From Candidatus Marinacidobacterium sp. (GTDB lineage: Bacteria > Acidobacteriota > Vicinamibacteria > Marinacidobacterales > Marinacidobacteraceae): a stretch of 64,000 bases of DNA. Below are positions 46,170 to 58,497 of the stretch, in pieces; position 1 is the first letter of the stretch; each line of letters opens with the position of its first letter. Location of the stretch: positions 1,088,001 to 1,152,000 of the forward strand of contig OZ244852.1 in assembly GCA_965220965.1 (NCBI GenBank), given 5' to 3'. Made by a program: the position numbers and the translations under genes. The notes under the pieces were generated by a model that saw nothing but the letters and a program-made list of their open reading frames with translations, was not told the origin of the DNA and did not search any database.

Positions 46170-47927
46170 ATGATGTCCATCGATCCCGAGCGTTTCTGGC
46201 GGGAGGTCGCCCGGGGCGAGGACACCGCTCTCGAACTGCGCGCGGTCAGGTTGCGGGGCGAGAAAGTCACCAGCCCGCATCGGGATGGGCTGGCGGACGC
46301 CTTCGCAGCGTTCGGGAACGCGTCTGGAGGGCGTCTGGTGCTCGGCGTGCGTAACGACCGGAGCGCCCAGTCGCTCGGTCCTCCACAACTCGATGCGCTC
46401 ATGCGGCTCGTTGAGGAAGCCTGCACCGACGGCATCACGCCGCCACTGGATTACGAAGCGTTTCGGGTCCCCGCGCCGAAGCCTGGTGTCCGCGGGGTTC
46501 TCCTCGTTGACATCCCCGAGAGCGGCGAGGTTCACCGCGCCCCCAGCGGATATCTCCAATGGAAGGGCGACGCGACATGGCGGATGGATGCGCGCGCGGT
46601 GCGACGGCTGTCGCACGACCGCCGGCATGCGGACGCTTCCCCGCATGACGCCCGGGTCGTGCGCGGAACGGGGGTCGACGCCCTGGAACGGGATCTCTGG
46701 CGGCGGTATCTGAGCTCGTGGGTCGAGGACCCGCCCGAGATCTCGCTCGCGAAGCTCCGGTTCGTGAAGGCCGACTCAGCCGGAACGCTGCGGGCCACGG
46801 TCGCCGGGGTCCTGCTGGCGACGAAGGAGCCCCGGGTATGGCTGCCCGGCGCCTGGATCGAGGCGATCTGCTACCGGGGAGACCGGCCGGACGCGGAACT
46901 GCAGTTGGACGCTTCGGACATCACCGGCCCGCTCGACGAGCAGATCCGGGAGGCGACGCGTTTCGTGGTCCGCAACCGTTGGGTCGCCGCCTTCAAGGAT
47001 CCGGCGCGCACCGATGTGCCGCAGTTCAGCGAACGGGCGGTCTTCGAGGCGGTTGTCAACGCGGTCGTCCACCGCGACTACCGGGTGAGGGGATCCCATA
47101 TCCGCCTGCTCCTGTTCGAGGGCCGGCTCGAGCTCCAGTCGCCCGGCGGACTGTCGAACTGCCTGAAGCCCGAGGACCTGCGCACGAACCAGTCCGCGCG
47201 CAACGAGCTGCTGGCCTCCCGGCTGGGACAGTGCGTCGTGGGCGATGTTCCGGGCGCGGGAGGACGGCGCTACTTCATGGACCGGCGGGGCGGGGGGATC
47301 CGCGTCATCGAGGACGAGACCCGGGCGCTGGCCGGGCGACCGCCGGTCTTCGAGCTGCTCGGCGAACGGGAGCTTCGGGTCGTGCTGCCCGCCGCCCGGC
47401 CTCCGGTGGCGGGGGGCGTTGCTGCCCGCGTGACGACGCTTCGGGAGGAGGGAGGGAAACCTCTGGCGGACGCGCACGTGCTGATGCTCTGTCCCAATGG
47501 AACCTACCGGGAGGCGCGCACGAACAGCCTCGGCGAGGCCGACTTCGTCCTGCACTCGCGACTGGCGATGACGGTGCTGTGCGCGGCAGAGGGCTTTCGG
47601 GCGCACGTCGAGCGCGACCATCTCCCCGACGGTCCGCTGGAAGTGGTCATGCGGGCCGCGCCCGAGGGCGGCTCGCTGATCCTCCCTGACCAGGCCGGGA
47701 ATCTGCCCGGCATCCAGGGTCGAATGAACCCGATCCTGGACAACCTGGACCGCGCCTACCTCTATGCGCACAACGTCGCCATCAACGACGGCCAGGCCCA
47801 GCCCGTCCACTTCGCGCTGAACGAGCCGGTGCGCCTCACGGACTCACTCGGGGCGAGGGCGACGCTCTGGTTCCGGGAAATGGTGGGCGCTTCGTGCATC
47901 TTCGATTACGAATTCGATCGGGGATAA
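46170..47927 (+). CDS. Schlafen/AlbA_2 + RecG-C (HATPase_c_4)-like protein with an extra C-terminal domain
   Basis: GEDTALE, AFGNASGGRLVLGV, EAVVNAVVHRDY, SPGGL, RNELL. Confidence 0.8.
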   Translation: MMSIDPERFWREVARGEDTALELRAVRLRGEKVTSPHRDGLADAFAAFGNASGGRLVLGVRNDRSAQSLGPPQLDALMRLVEEACTDGITPPLDYEAFRVPAPKPGVRGVLLVDIPESGEVHRAPSGYLQWKGDATWRMDARAVRRLSHDRRHADASPHDARVVRGTGVDALERDLWRRYLSSWVEDPPEISLAKLRFVKADSAGTLRATVAGVLLATKEPRVWLPGAWIEAICYRGDRPDAELQLDASDITGPLDEQIREATRFVVRNRWVAAFKDPARTDVPQFSERAVFEAVVNAVVHRDYRVRGSHIRLLLFEGRLELQSPGGLSNCLKPEDLRTNQSARNELLASRLGQCVVGDVPGAGGRRYFMDRRGGGIRVIEDETRALAGRPPVFELLGERELRVVLPAARPPVAGGVAARVTTLREEGGKPLADAHVLMLCPNGTYREARTNSLGEADFVLHSRLAMTVLCAAEGFRAHVERDHLPDGPLEVVMRAAPEGGSLILPDQAGNLPGIQGRMNPILDNLDRAYLYAHNVAINDGQAQPVHFALNEPVRLTDSLGARATLWFREMVGASCIFDYEFDRG

Positions 47928-48029
47928 GTCGCTCGTTCCGGCCGGGGACCAGGTGAGACGCACGGCGCCACCGGGTCTCGGTGGCGCGGGCGAGAACCGG
48001 GGCCGTAGGGTTCGCGTAAGCGAAGGGCA

Positions 48030-48443
48030 ATGAAGACTCGTTCCGTGGCCGCGTCGGCAAGGCGGCGTCCGATCCTCCTGGGCGTTGTCGTCCTGCTCGC
48101 CGCCGCGCAGATCAACTGCTCGGTCGTCCTGACCAAGGGCCCTCCGCGGCCCGGCGACGACCGCTATGACGCGAGCGGCGCCTATCCGGACGGCGTCCCC
48201 TGCACCACCAGCCGGATGTGGCCGCTGGTGGACACCGGGTTGCTGCTGTGGGTGCTCATCGTCACGGCGAACTACCCGGCCGACCAGACCGACGACCGGA
48301 TCGACGGGCTGCTGACGGCGGCCGGCGCGGCGCTCTCGGCGTGGATCGGCTACCGCCGGACGAACGCCTGCCGCGAGCTCGAGCGCGACCTGATGACGCC
48401 CACGTCCGGGGCTCTGGGACCGGACGCGCTCGGACGTTCGTAG
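48030..48443 (+). CDS. Hypothetical membrane/lipoprotein
   Basis: Signal-like N-terminus with Cys, CTTS..WP..D, two hydrophobic segments. Confidence 0.55.
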   Translation: MKTRSVAASARRRPILLGVVVLLAAAQINCSVVLTKGPPRPGDDRYDASGAYPDGVPCTTSRMWPLVDTGLLLWVLIVTANYPADQTDDRIDGLLTAAGAALSAWIGYRRTNACRELERDLMTPTSGALGPDALGRS

Positions 48444-48882
48444 CCCGGGCCGCCGCCCAACACCCCGGGAGATTCGTGGTTCACTCACGGAACACGATCG
48501 CCAACAACGAGTTACGTGCGGATTGAACCACTAAGGATTCCTTAGGAGTTCGAATCGAGGGCGGCCGGCCGTTCCGGGGCGCGCTCCGGATTGAGGTGCT
48601 CCGCGAACGCGCCGTTCACCCTCCCGGTGAACCTGTGCAGATCGTGCACAGGTTGCCGGCCGGCGCACACGGCCAGGAACGAAGGATCGGCCGCCCATCG
48701 CCTCGCGCGAAGGAGACGCCCGGCAGACTGGACCCGTCATCGTGCGTGGAGCCTGGGGCAGTGCGACGCTCGTAGCCCAGGGCGCCGATCCGAGGCGCCC
48801 CCTCTGCGGCGGGTTCACACGCTTCGGCGGCAGACGGCGACGGAGAGTTGATTTGCGGGCGTGCGCGCCTCACGATGCCGGC

Positions 48883-49158
48883 ATGCGCGCGACCGTCACA
48901 CTGGACCCCGATACCCGCTTCCTGGTGAAACGCAGGATGCGCAGCCGGGGCGGTACGTTCGAAGAGGTCGTGAACGCCGCCATGCGGCGCGGTCTCCTGA
49001 TGGAGACGGCCGCTGCGGAGGAGCCGGAGTTCGTGGTCGAGGCGCGCTCCATGGGGCTTCGCGTTCAGGATCCGAAGGAACTCCGCCAGATCAACAACGA
49101 CTTCGAGGTCGAGCGGTTCGTCAGGGTCACCCGGCAGCTCGAGGAGGACTCGGAGTAG
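48883..49158 (+). CDS. VapB-like antitoxin (orphan)
   Basis: MRATVTLDPD...RMRSRGGTFEEVVNAAMRRGL...ARSMG. Confidence 0.75.
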   Translation: MRATVTLDPDTRFLVKRRMRSRGGTFEEVVNAAMRRGLLMETAAAEEPEFVVEARSMGLRVQDPKELRQINNDFEVERFVRVTRQLEEDSE

Positions 49159-49227
49159 TCCGGCAAAGGACGAAGGCCTCTCAGGCCCAGGGCCGCGGCT
49201 CGCAGCGCTTCGAGTGTCTTCGGGCGG

Positions 49228-50541
49228 TCAGTGGATCGCGTCGGGACGCGTGGCCGCAAGTGGGCCCTTCGAGGCCGCTGGGACCGCGCCCCTGGCGAAC
49301 AGGACGCTCCGGTCGATGGATCCCCGCCAGGAACGGAGGATCGGGTGCTCGTCGCCTCGCACGATGTCCGACGCTCCGTCACCGTCCTTGTCGAAGCACA
49401 GCACGTGGTCGGGCTCGACCAGGCCGAGAAGGGCGGGGGAATGCGTAGTCGCGAGGATCTGCGCGTCATAGGCGGACAGGAGCGAGTCCCGGATCGCCTC
49501 CAGCGCCAGCGGATGAATCCCGTTCTGCGGCTCCTTCAGAAGGTAGATCTCCTTGTTGTCAGGGATGTAGGCAAGGAGCGTGAGCGCCAGAAGGCGCATC
49601 GTCCCGTCGGAGGCTGTCCAGGACGGAACATCCACTCCGGTTTCGTACCGAAGAGTCAGGTAGGCGCGCCGGTCCTCGGGTCGAACGACGACTTCGATGT
49701 CCCGCAGGTCTTCGAGCACCGTCCGCACATGCGACAGCCACTCGGCGTAGTCCTCGGGACGCTCCTCGCGAAGCCGCTTGACGACCCAGGGCAGGCTGGA
49801 CCCGTCGTCGGCGAAGCCGTTGACCCCGCGTTCCGGAGGGCTGGGCGCTCGCATCGCCTCGCTGTCGAGAAAGACACGCCGGATCCCGGCGTCCAGCTTC
49901 TGCTTGAGGAAGGTCGCCACCGGGAACTTCTCCGGAGACTCGGGGAGGTTCGCGAGCGTCGATCGGCGAGGACCAAATGAAATGCTCGTGACCCAGCCCT
50001 TGCCGGGCTTCGGCGTGGTCTCGACGTAGTAGCTGTCAGTCCCCTTGTCCGACTTGCTCACGACGGACCGCGTTCCGGACCCGCCTCTCCCGCGCAGGAT
50101 GGTGGCGGGGGGAGGAGCCGGGTCGGGAAAGAGGAGCCTTCGTTCCGGCGCCATCCGGCCCCGCGACGCTTTCTTGAGGACCGCCCGCTCCGACGCAATG
50201 CCAGGTCCGTCGGGACCCTCCCGAATGCCGATCTCGTAACGGAAGACGCGGAAGTCCTCGGGCAGCCGCGGTCGCAGTTCCTCCGGTACGTCCACCTCGA
50301 TGGCGAGCTCGAATCCGGACTGCCCGCCGGGCCGCCCCCAGACCAGATCCCGGAAGTTCGAAGTCCGCTTCACGACGGCGGCTTCGAGGCCGTCCCGCAC
50401 CAGATCGCCGAGGAAGGCGATGGCGTCGAAGAGGGTGCTCTTCCCGCTCGCGTTCGGGCCGATGAGGACGTGAAAGCGGTCCAGCCGGACATCCACGTGG
50501 CGAAGACACCGGTAATTCAGCGCTTGTATCCGGCGGATCAT
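49228..50541 (-). CDS. AAA_21/AbiEii-type ATPase resembling MADS MAD3, with degenerate Walker B
   Basis: ALNYRCLR, GPNASGKST, SDGT signature, KEPQNGIHP (consensus EEPENG), TTHSP. Confidence 0.75.
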   Translation of the reverse strand: MIRRIQALNYRCLRHVDVRLDRFHVLIGPNASGKSTLFDAIAFLGDLVRDGLEAAVVKRTSNFRDLVWGRPGGQSGFELAIEVDVPEELRPRLPEDFRVFRYEIGIREGPDGPGIASERAVLKKASRGRMAPERRLLFPDPAPPPATILRGRGGSGTRSVVSKSDKGTDSYYVETTPKPGKGWVTSISFGPRRSTLANLPESPEKFPVATFLKQKLDAGIRRVFLDSEAMRAPSPPERGVNGFADDGSSLPWVVKRLREERPEDYAEWLSHVRTVLEDLRDIEVVVRPEDRRAYLTLRYETGVDVPSWTASDGTMRLLALTLLAYIPDNKEIYLLKEPQNGIHPLALEAIRDSLLSAYDAQILATTHSPALLGLVEPDHVLCFDKDGDGASDIVRGDEHPILRSWRGSIDRSVLFARGAVPAASKGPLAATRPDAIH

Positions 50542-50696
50542 GCCGATCCTCCCTGGGCCGGTAGTCTCGCAGGGGCGGTCGTCACGTCGCAGCCTGGTGG
50601 CGCGCCGGGATCACAAGGGGGCCGGGCTGTGGCGCGCACAGGACTCGAAGCGCCGCGCGCTGGACAGCGCCCCCGAGGCGCAACGAACCTCGGCCC

Positions 50697-52376
50697 CTAC
50701 CGCCAGCCGCGGAGGGAGGCGACGATCGCCTCGGCGTCCTTCGGCGGGGGGCCGGTGCGGCGGCTCACGACCCAGGTCACCGCGAAGTTGAGCAGCATCC
50801 CGAGCGTTCCGATGCCCTCCGGGCTGATCCCGAACCACCACGACTCCGGTCCGCTCCACTCGAAGACCTTGAACCAGCCGATGTAGACGGCGGTGAACCC
50901 GGTCCCGGCGATCATGCCCGCGACCGCGCCGCGGGCCGTGACCCAGGTGGTGAACACCCCCAGAACGAGCACCGGGAAGAAACTGGCGGCGGCCAGACCG
51001 AAGGCGAACGCCACGACGGCGGCGACGTAGTCGGGCGGATAAATCCCCACCACGATCGCCACGATGACCGCTCCGGCGGCCGAGAGGCGAGCGGCGAACA
51101 GCTCGCTCCGCTCGCTCATGTTGGGGCGGAGGAAGCTCTTCAGGAGGTCGTGGGAGACCGAGGCCGAGATGACGAGCAGCAGCCCGGCGGCGGTGGAGAG
51201 CGCCGCGGCGAGGCCTCCCGCAGCGACAAGCCCGACGACCCAGGCCGGGAGCTCGGCGATCTCCGGGTTCGCGAGGACCATGATGTCCCGGTCGATCACG
51301 AGCTCCGCCCCCGGACCCTCCCCGTACTGGATCAGCCCGTCCCCATTCACGTCGGTGAACCGGATCAGCCCGGTCGCCTCCCAGGTGCGGAACCAGTCCG
51401 GCGCCTCGGCGACCGGGGTGTTGTGGAGCGTCTGGATCAGGTTGACCCGGGCGAAGGCGGCGACCGCCGGGGCGGTCGTGTAGAGGATCGCAATGAAGGC
51501 GAGCGCCCAGAGGACGCTCCAGCGGGCGAGCCTTGCGCTCCGCACCGTGTAGAAGCGGATCAGCACGTGCGGGAGGCCGGCGGTCCCCGCCATGAGCGCG
51601 AGGGTGATCGCGAAGACGTCCTGGAGGGTCTTCTTGCCGGCGAGGAAGGCCCCGGTGTATTCAGGGAGGCCGAGATCCCGGTGGATCAAGTCGATGGCGC
51701 GCAGCAGCGCGACGCCGGCGCGCTCGCCCTCGACGAGGATCGACCCGAACCCGATCTGCGGGATCGGCGTCCCGGTCATCATCCAGGAGATGGCCCCCGC
51801 CGGGATCAGGAAGGCCACGATGAGCACGCAGTACTGCGCCACCTGGGTGTAGGTGATGCCGCGCATCCCGCCGAGCGTCGCGTAGAGGAGGACGATGACC
51901 CCGCCGATGACCACCCCGTACTCCACCGGGATCGTCAGGAACCGCGAGAACACGACCCCGACGCCGCGCATCTGCCCGGCGACGTAGGTGAACGAGATGA
52001 ACACCGCGCACGCCACCGCGACCAGCCGGGCCATCTGGGAGGCGTAGCGGTCGCCGACGAACTCGGGGATCGTGTAGCGGCCGTAGCGGCGCAGGTAGGG
52101 CGCGACGAGCAGCGCCAGCAGGACGTACCCGCCGGTCCACCCCATGAGGTAGATCGCCCCGTCGTAGCCCATGAACGATATGAGCCCCGCCATCGAGAGG
52201 AACGACGCCGCGCTCATCCAGTCGGCGCCGGTGGCCATCCCGTTCGCCACCGCCGAGACGCCGCGCCCGGCGACGTAGAAGCCGGAGGTCGTCCCCACCC
52301 GGCTCGCCACCGCGATCGCGCTGTAGAGCGCGAAGCTGAGCCCCACGAAGAGCAGGGTCCAGCCGGCGATGCTCAA
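50697..52376 (-). CDS. Sodium:solute symporter (ActP-like)
   Basis: ANGMATGADWMSAASF, GWTGGY, GTAGLPHV, AAALSTAAGLL. Confidence 0.92.
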   Translation of the reverse strand: MSIAGWTLLFVGLSFALYSAIAVASRVGTTSGFYVAGRGVSAVANGMATGADWMSAASFLSMAGLISFMGYDGAIYLMGWTGGYVLLALLVAPYLRRYGRYTIPEFVGDRYASQMARLVAVACAVFISFTYVAGQMRGVGVVFSRFLTIPVEYGVVIGGVIVLLYATLGGMRGITYTQVAQYCVLIVAFLIPAGAISWMMTGTPIPQIGFGSILVEGERAGVALLRAIDLIHRDLGLPEYTGAFLAGKKTLQDVFAITLALMAGTAGLPHVLIRFYTVRSARLARWSVLWALAFIAILYTTAPAVAAFARVNLIQTLHNTPVAEAPDWFRTWEATGLIRFTDVNGDGLIQYGEGPGAELVIDRDIMVLANPEIAELPAWVVGLVAAGGLAAALSTAAGLLLVISASVSHDLLKSFLRPNMSERSELFAARLSAAGAVIVAIVVGIYPPDYVAAVVAFAFGLAAASFFPVLVLGVFTTWVTARGAVAGMIAGTGFTAVYIGWFKVFEWSGPESWWFGISPEGIGTLGMLLNFAVTWVVSRRTGPPPKDAEAIVASLRGWR

Positions 52377-52699
52377 TGCGGTTCCGCCTTGGTGTCAGGT
52401 TGTTCGTTGGCGTCGACTCCGGAGTCGCGCTCGATCCGGTCCATGGCGACCGCGTTCACTGCGAGCAGCAAGACGAACACGATGATCGACCCCTGCTGCG
52501 CGAACCAGAACCCCAGCGGGAAGCCGGCGACCCAGATCTGGTTGAGCGGCCCGGCGAACAGCACGCCGAGCCCCAGCGACGCGGTGAACCAGATCGCGAG
52601 CAGGACGCCGATGAGCCGCAGGCTCCGCTTCCAGGCGCGTTCGCGGCCGTCAACCGGCGGGGCCGGGGACGGGTCGGGAGCGGGGGGATCGGGAGTCAT
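52373..52699 (-). CDS. DUF4212 symporter small subunit
   Basis: GFPLGFWFAQQGSI; overlaps the symporter start. Confidence 0.88.
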   Translation of the reverse strand: MTPDPPAPDPSPAPPVDGRERAWKRSLRLIGVLLAIWFTASLGLGVLFAGPLNQIWVAGFPLGFWFAQQGSIIVFVLLLAVNAVAMDRIERDSGVDANEQPDTKAEPH

Positions 52700-52792
52700 G
52701 CGCGCGGGAGAGGACCGTGAACGAGTTGCGGCCCTCCCGGTGGCAAAGGCTATATGCTCGGGCAGCGTTACCGAAACAGAGAGGAGATCGAA

Positions 52793-53665
52793 GTGATACC
52801 ACCGTCATTCGACTACCACGCACCGGGGTCGCTCGACGAAGCGAGCCGGCTGCTGCGGGACGATCCGGAGGCGAAGATCCTGGCGGGGGGCCACAGCCTG
52901 ATCCCGATGATGCGGTTCCGGGTGGCGCAGCCCGGCTCGCTCGTGGATCTGCGCCGGGTGCCCGGTCTTTCCGGCCTTCGCGAAGAGCGGGGTCACCTCG
53001 TCATCGGGGCGATGACCACGCAGTCCGAACTCGAGAAGTCCGACTTGGCGAAGAGCCGTTACCCGCTGCTCGCCGACGCGGCGCGGGTCATCGCCGACCC
53101 GCTGGTCAGGAACCTCGCCACCGTCGGCGGCAACGTCGCCCACGCCGACCCCGGGAACGACCTGCCGGCGGCGATGCTGGCCTGCGGAGCCTCGTTCACC
53201 GCCTGGAGCCCGGCCGGGGAACGCACGATCTCCGCGGATGACTTCTTCCTCGGACCGTTCGCCACCGCGCTGGAGGCCGGCGAGATCCTGACCTCGATCC
53301 GGGTCCCGTCGCCCGCGGCCGGATCCGGCGGCGCCTACATGAAGTTCGAGCGGAAGGTCGGCGACTACGCGGTCGCCGCGGTCGCGGTCCAGTTGCGGGT
53401 CGACGGCGGACGGATCGCCGACGCCGGGGTGGCGCTCACGAACGTCGGCCTCACCGCCATCCGGGCGAACGCGGCGGAAACGGCGCTTATCGGCTCGGAC
53501 GGGAGCGAGGACGCTCTCGACGCCGCCGCGGCGGCGGCCGCCGGGGCCGCGGAGCCCGCCGCCGACCACCGCGGCTCCGAGGACTACAAGCGCGCGGTGG
53601 TTCGCGCGCTGACGCACCGGGCGGCGACCAGGGCGCTGGCCCGGGCCCGGGGAGGGGAAGCATGA
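52793..53665 (+). CDS. coxM: CO dehydrogenase medium (FAD) subunit
   Basis: [29 protein letters not shown]; GAGGAG RBS. Confidence 0.9.
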   Translation: MIPPSFDYHAPGSLDEASRLLRDDPEAKILAGGHSLIPMMRFRVAQPGSLVDLRRVPGLSGLREERGHLVIGAMTTQSELEKSDLAKSRYPLLADAARVIADPLVRNLATVGGNVAHADPGNDLPAAMLACGASFTAWSPAGERTISADDFFLGPFATALEAGEILTSIRVPSPAAGSGGAYMKFERKVGDYAVAAVAVQLRVDGGRIADAGVALTNVGLTAIRANAAETALIGSDGSEDALDAAAAAAAGAAEPAADHRGSEDYKRAVVRALTHRAATRALARARGGEA

Positions 53666-54151
53666 GCGCGCACCGCGTCACGATCACCGTCAACGGCGAG
53701 CCGATGGAGCGCGAGGTCGAATCGCGCCTCCTGCTCGTCCACTTCCTCCGCGAGGAGCTCGGCCTCACCGGCACCCACATCGGGTGCGACACGACCTCCT
53801 GCGGCGCCTGCACCGTCCTGCTGGACGGAACGCCGGCGAAGAGCTGCACCGTGTTCGCGGTCGCGGCCGACGGGCGCGAGGTCACGACCGTCGAGGGGCT
53901 CGGCAACGGCGGGCTCCACCCCATCCAGCAGGGCTTCATGGAATGCCACGGCCTGCAGTGCGGATTCTGCACCCCGGGCATGATGCTGACCTCGAAGGCC
54001 CTGCTCGACGAGAACCCCGATCCCAGCGAGGAGGAGATCCGCTGGGGCATCTCCGGCAACCTGTGCCGGTGCACCGGTTACGTGAACATCGTCAAGGCGG
54101 TCCGGCACGCCGCCGACGCCATGCGCGACAACGCCGGCGAGGAGAGCAGCA

Positions 54152-54159
<8 letters not shown>
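53662..54159 (+). CDS. coxS: CO dehydrogenase small (2Fe-2S) subunit
   Basis: [27 protein letters not shown]. Confidence 0.93.
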
Positions 54160-56497
<2,338 letters not shown>

Positions 56498-56677
56498 CAG
56501 TCCGTTGATAAAGTCGCGTGCAGCGCCGAGAGCGGTGAGGCGCCCGTCCGACAAGGCGCGTGAGCGAGGAATATCGGGAATATTCCGAGCGAAACGCAAC
56601 GATGAGCGCCCCGAAGGGGCGTGATTCGGGCGGGATGCATCGCCGCTCGAACGCCGCGGGACTTTGTCAACGGGCTG
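56498..56677. mobile_element. MITE, 180 bp, with 18-bp terminal inverted repeats and TTAG target duplication
   Basis: CAGTCCGTTGATAAAGTC ... GACTTTGTCAACGGGCTG (16/18 match); TTAG at 56494-97 and 56678-81. Confidence 0.72.
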
Positions 56678-56706
56678 TTAGCGGGGCGCCGGCGTCCCCG
56701 CTCGCG

Positions 56707-57684
56707 GTGGCGGTCTCTCCCGGTGAGGGCCCGGGCGACCTTCTCCGGGAGGCGGTGCGCCTCCAGGAGGCGGGGGAGCCCTTTGCGCTCGCCACCGTGG
56801 TGCGGGCCGAGCGGCCCACATCGGCCCGGCCCGGCGCGAAAGCGCTCGTCACCCCGGACGGACGGGTGCTCGGCTTCGTCGGCGGCGCCTGCGTCCGGCC
56901 CTCGGTGCTGCGCGAGTCGCTCCGGGCGCTCGAGGACGGCGAGCCCCGCCTGCTGCGGATCTCGCCGGACGCCCCCCCGCCGGGGGTCAGCGCCCCGGAA
57001 GGGGTCCTGGAGGAAGTCATGGCCTGCGTGAGTGGCGGCGCCCTCGACATCCACATCGAACCCCACCTGCCGAAGAAGCGGCTCGCGGTGTTCGGCGAGT
57101 CCCCGGTCGCCCAGGCCTGCCGGTCCCTCGGGGCCGCGCTCGGATTCGCGGTCGAGGCGCCGCCCGCCGAGGAAGCGGCGCTCGAGGGCGCCGTGGTGGT
57201 CGTCGCGCTCCACGGGGAATCGGAGGGAAAGATCCTGCGCGCCGCGCTCGCCGAAGGCCGGGCGGCCTGGGTGGGCCTGGTGGCCAGCCCCCGACGCGCC
57301 GAGGCGGTGCGCGCCGACCTCCGCCGTCAGGGGCTTTCCGAAGCGGACATCGCGCGGCTCGCGTCTCCGGCGGGGCTCGATATCGGCGCCGAGACGGCGG
57401 CGGAGATCGCGCTCAGCATCTTCGCCCAGGTGGTCGCCGACATCCGGCGGCCCGCAGCGGTGGAGCGGGAGGCGGCGCAGCCGGCCGAGCCGGCGCCGAT
57501 CGCGATTTCGCTCGCCGCCGATCCCCCGGCCGATCCGCCGGAGGTGTTCGTGGACCCCATCTGCGGGATGACGGTCCGCGCCGACTCCCCGCACCGCCTC
57601 GAGGGCGAGGACGGCCCGGTGCTCTTCTGCTGCGGCGGCTGTCTGGACCGCTACCAGGCGGCCTCCCCGCAGGCGACCGCCTGA
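56707..57684 (+). CDS. XdhC/CoxF family Moco chaperone with C-terminal YHS/TRASH domain
   Basis: ALATVV, GFVGGAC, CVSGG, PAGLDIGA, VDPICGMTV...FCCGGC; start uncertain. Confidence 0.85.
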   Translation: MAVSPGEGPGDLLREAVRLQEAGEPFALATVVRAERPTSARPGAKALVTPDGRVLGFVGGACVRPSVLRESLRALEDGEPRLLRISPDAPPPGVSAPEGVLEEVMACVSGGALDIHIEPHLPKKRLAVFGESPVAQACRSLGAALGFAVEAPPAEEAALEGAVVVVALHGESEGKILRAALAEGRAAWVGLVASPRRAEAVRADLRRQGLSEADIARLASPAGLDIGAETAAEIALSIFAQVVADIRRPAAVEREAAQPAEPAPIAISLAADPPADPPEVFVDPICGMTVRADSPHRLEGEDGPVLFCCGGCLDRYQAASPQATA

Positions 57685-57705
57685 GCTGCGAGCGCCCGTT
57701 CGGCG

Positions 57706-58497
57706 TCAGCCGGAAGGCGCGTCGGACCGCTTCGGCGGCCAGGGGAAGAACGCGCTCGTCCGGCGGACGTAGTCGTCGTAGCCGGGGCGCGCCGAGAGGC
57801 CGCGCTCGAGCAGCGTCACGCCGGAGACGCGGACGATGAGCAGGCTCATCAGCGCCGGCCCCAGCAGCGTCCACGCGCCGCCGGGAACCGCCAGCGCGAA
57901 ACAGCCAAGACCCCACCACAGCGTTGCGTCCCCGAAGTAGTTCGGGTGGCGGGAGAGCCGCCAGAGGCCGCGGTCCATGACCCGTCCGGCGTTCGCCGGG
58001 TCGGCCCGGAAGCGGCTCAACTGCAGGTCGGAGACCGCCTCGAAGAAGAACCCGACCGCGAAGAGGGCCACGCCGAGGCTGTCGAGCCAGGACCACGGAG
58101 TGGAAGCCGTCTGCGCTGCGAGGAGCGGCATGGCGACGATCCACATGAGGACCGCCTGGAGCCAGAAGACGATCGGCAGCGAGAGCAGCGGGAACCGCGC
58201 TCCCCGTCGCTTCCGCATCGCCTGGTAGCGCGGGTCCTCGCCTTTCCCCCGGCTGCGCCAGAGGATGTGGAGCGCGAGCCGCAAACCCCAGATCGTGACG
58301 AGGACCGGGACGAGGGTCGCCCGGAGCGACTCCGAGGCGCCCAGGTCCCGGTAGAGCCAGGCGAGGACCACGAAGCCGGGTCCCCAGAAGATGTCCACGA
58401 TCGAGGCGTCGCGGCGGAGGAGGCTGAGGAGCCAGACGAGCGTCAGGAGGCCAAGGACGGCCCCGAGGCCGTAGAAGGCCGCCGGGACGAGCGTCAT
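57706..58497 (-). CDS. DUF1295 (steroid 5-alpha-reductase-like) membrane protein
   Basis: SIVDIFWG, WGLRL, EDPRY, GLWRLSRHPNYFG. Confidence 0.9.
   Translation of the reverse strand: MTLVPAAFYGLGAVLGLLTLVWLLSLLRRDASIVDIFWGPGFVVLAWLYRDLGASESLRATLVPVLVTIWGLRLALHILWRSRGKGEDPRYQAMRKRRGARFPLLSLPIVFWLQAVLMWIVAMPLLAAQTASTPWSWLDSLGVALFAVGFFFEAVSDLQLSRFRADPANAGRVMDRGLWRLSRHPNYFGDATLWWGLGCFALAVPGGAWTLLGPALMSLLIVRVSGVTLLERGLSARPGYDDYVRRTSAFFPWPPKRSDAPSG

Noticed and set aside
48544-48560. GAGTTCGAATC resembling a tRNA T-loop or att remnant
   Set aside because: The flanks do not form a T-stem, and there is no acceptor stem, CCA or cloverleaf.
56560-56706. N-terminal extension of the XdhC ORF
   Set aside because: Most of it lies within the MITE; family similarity begins after ~56707.
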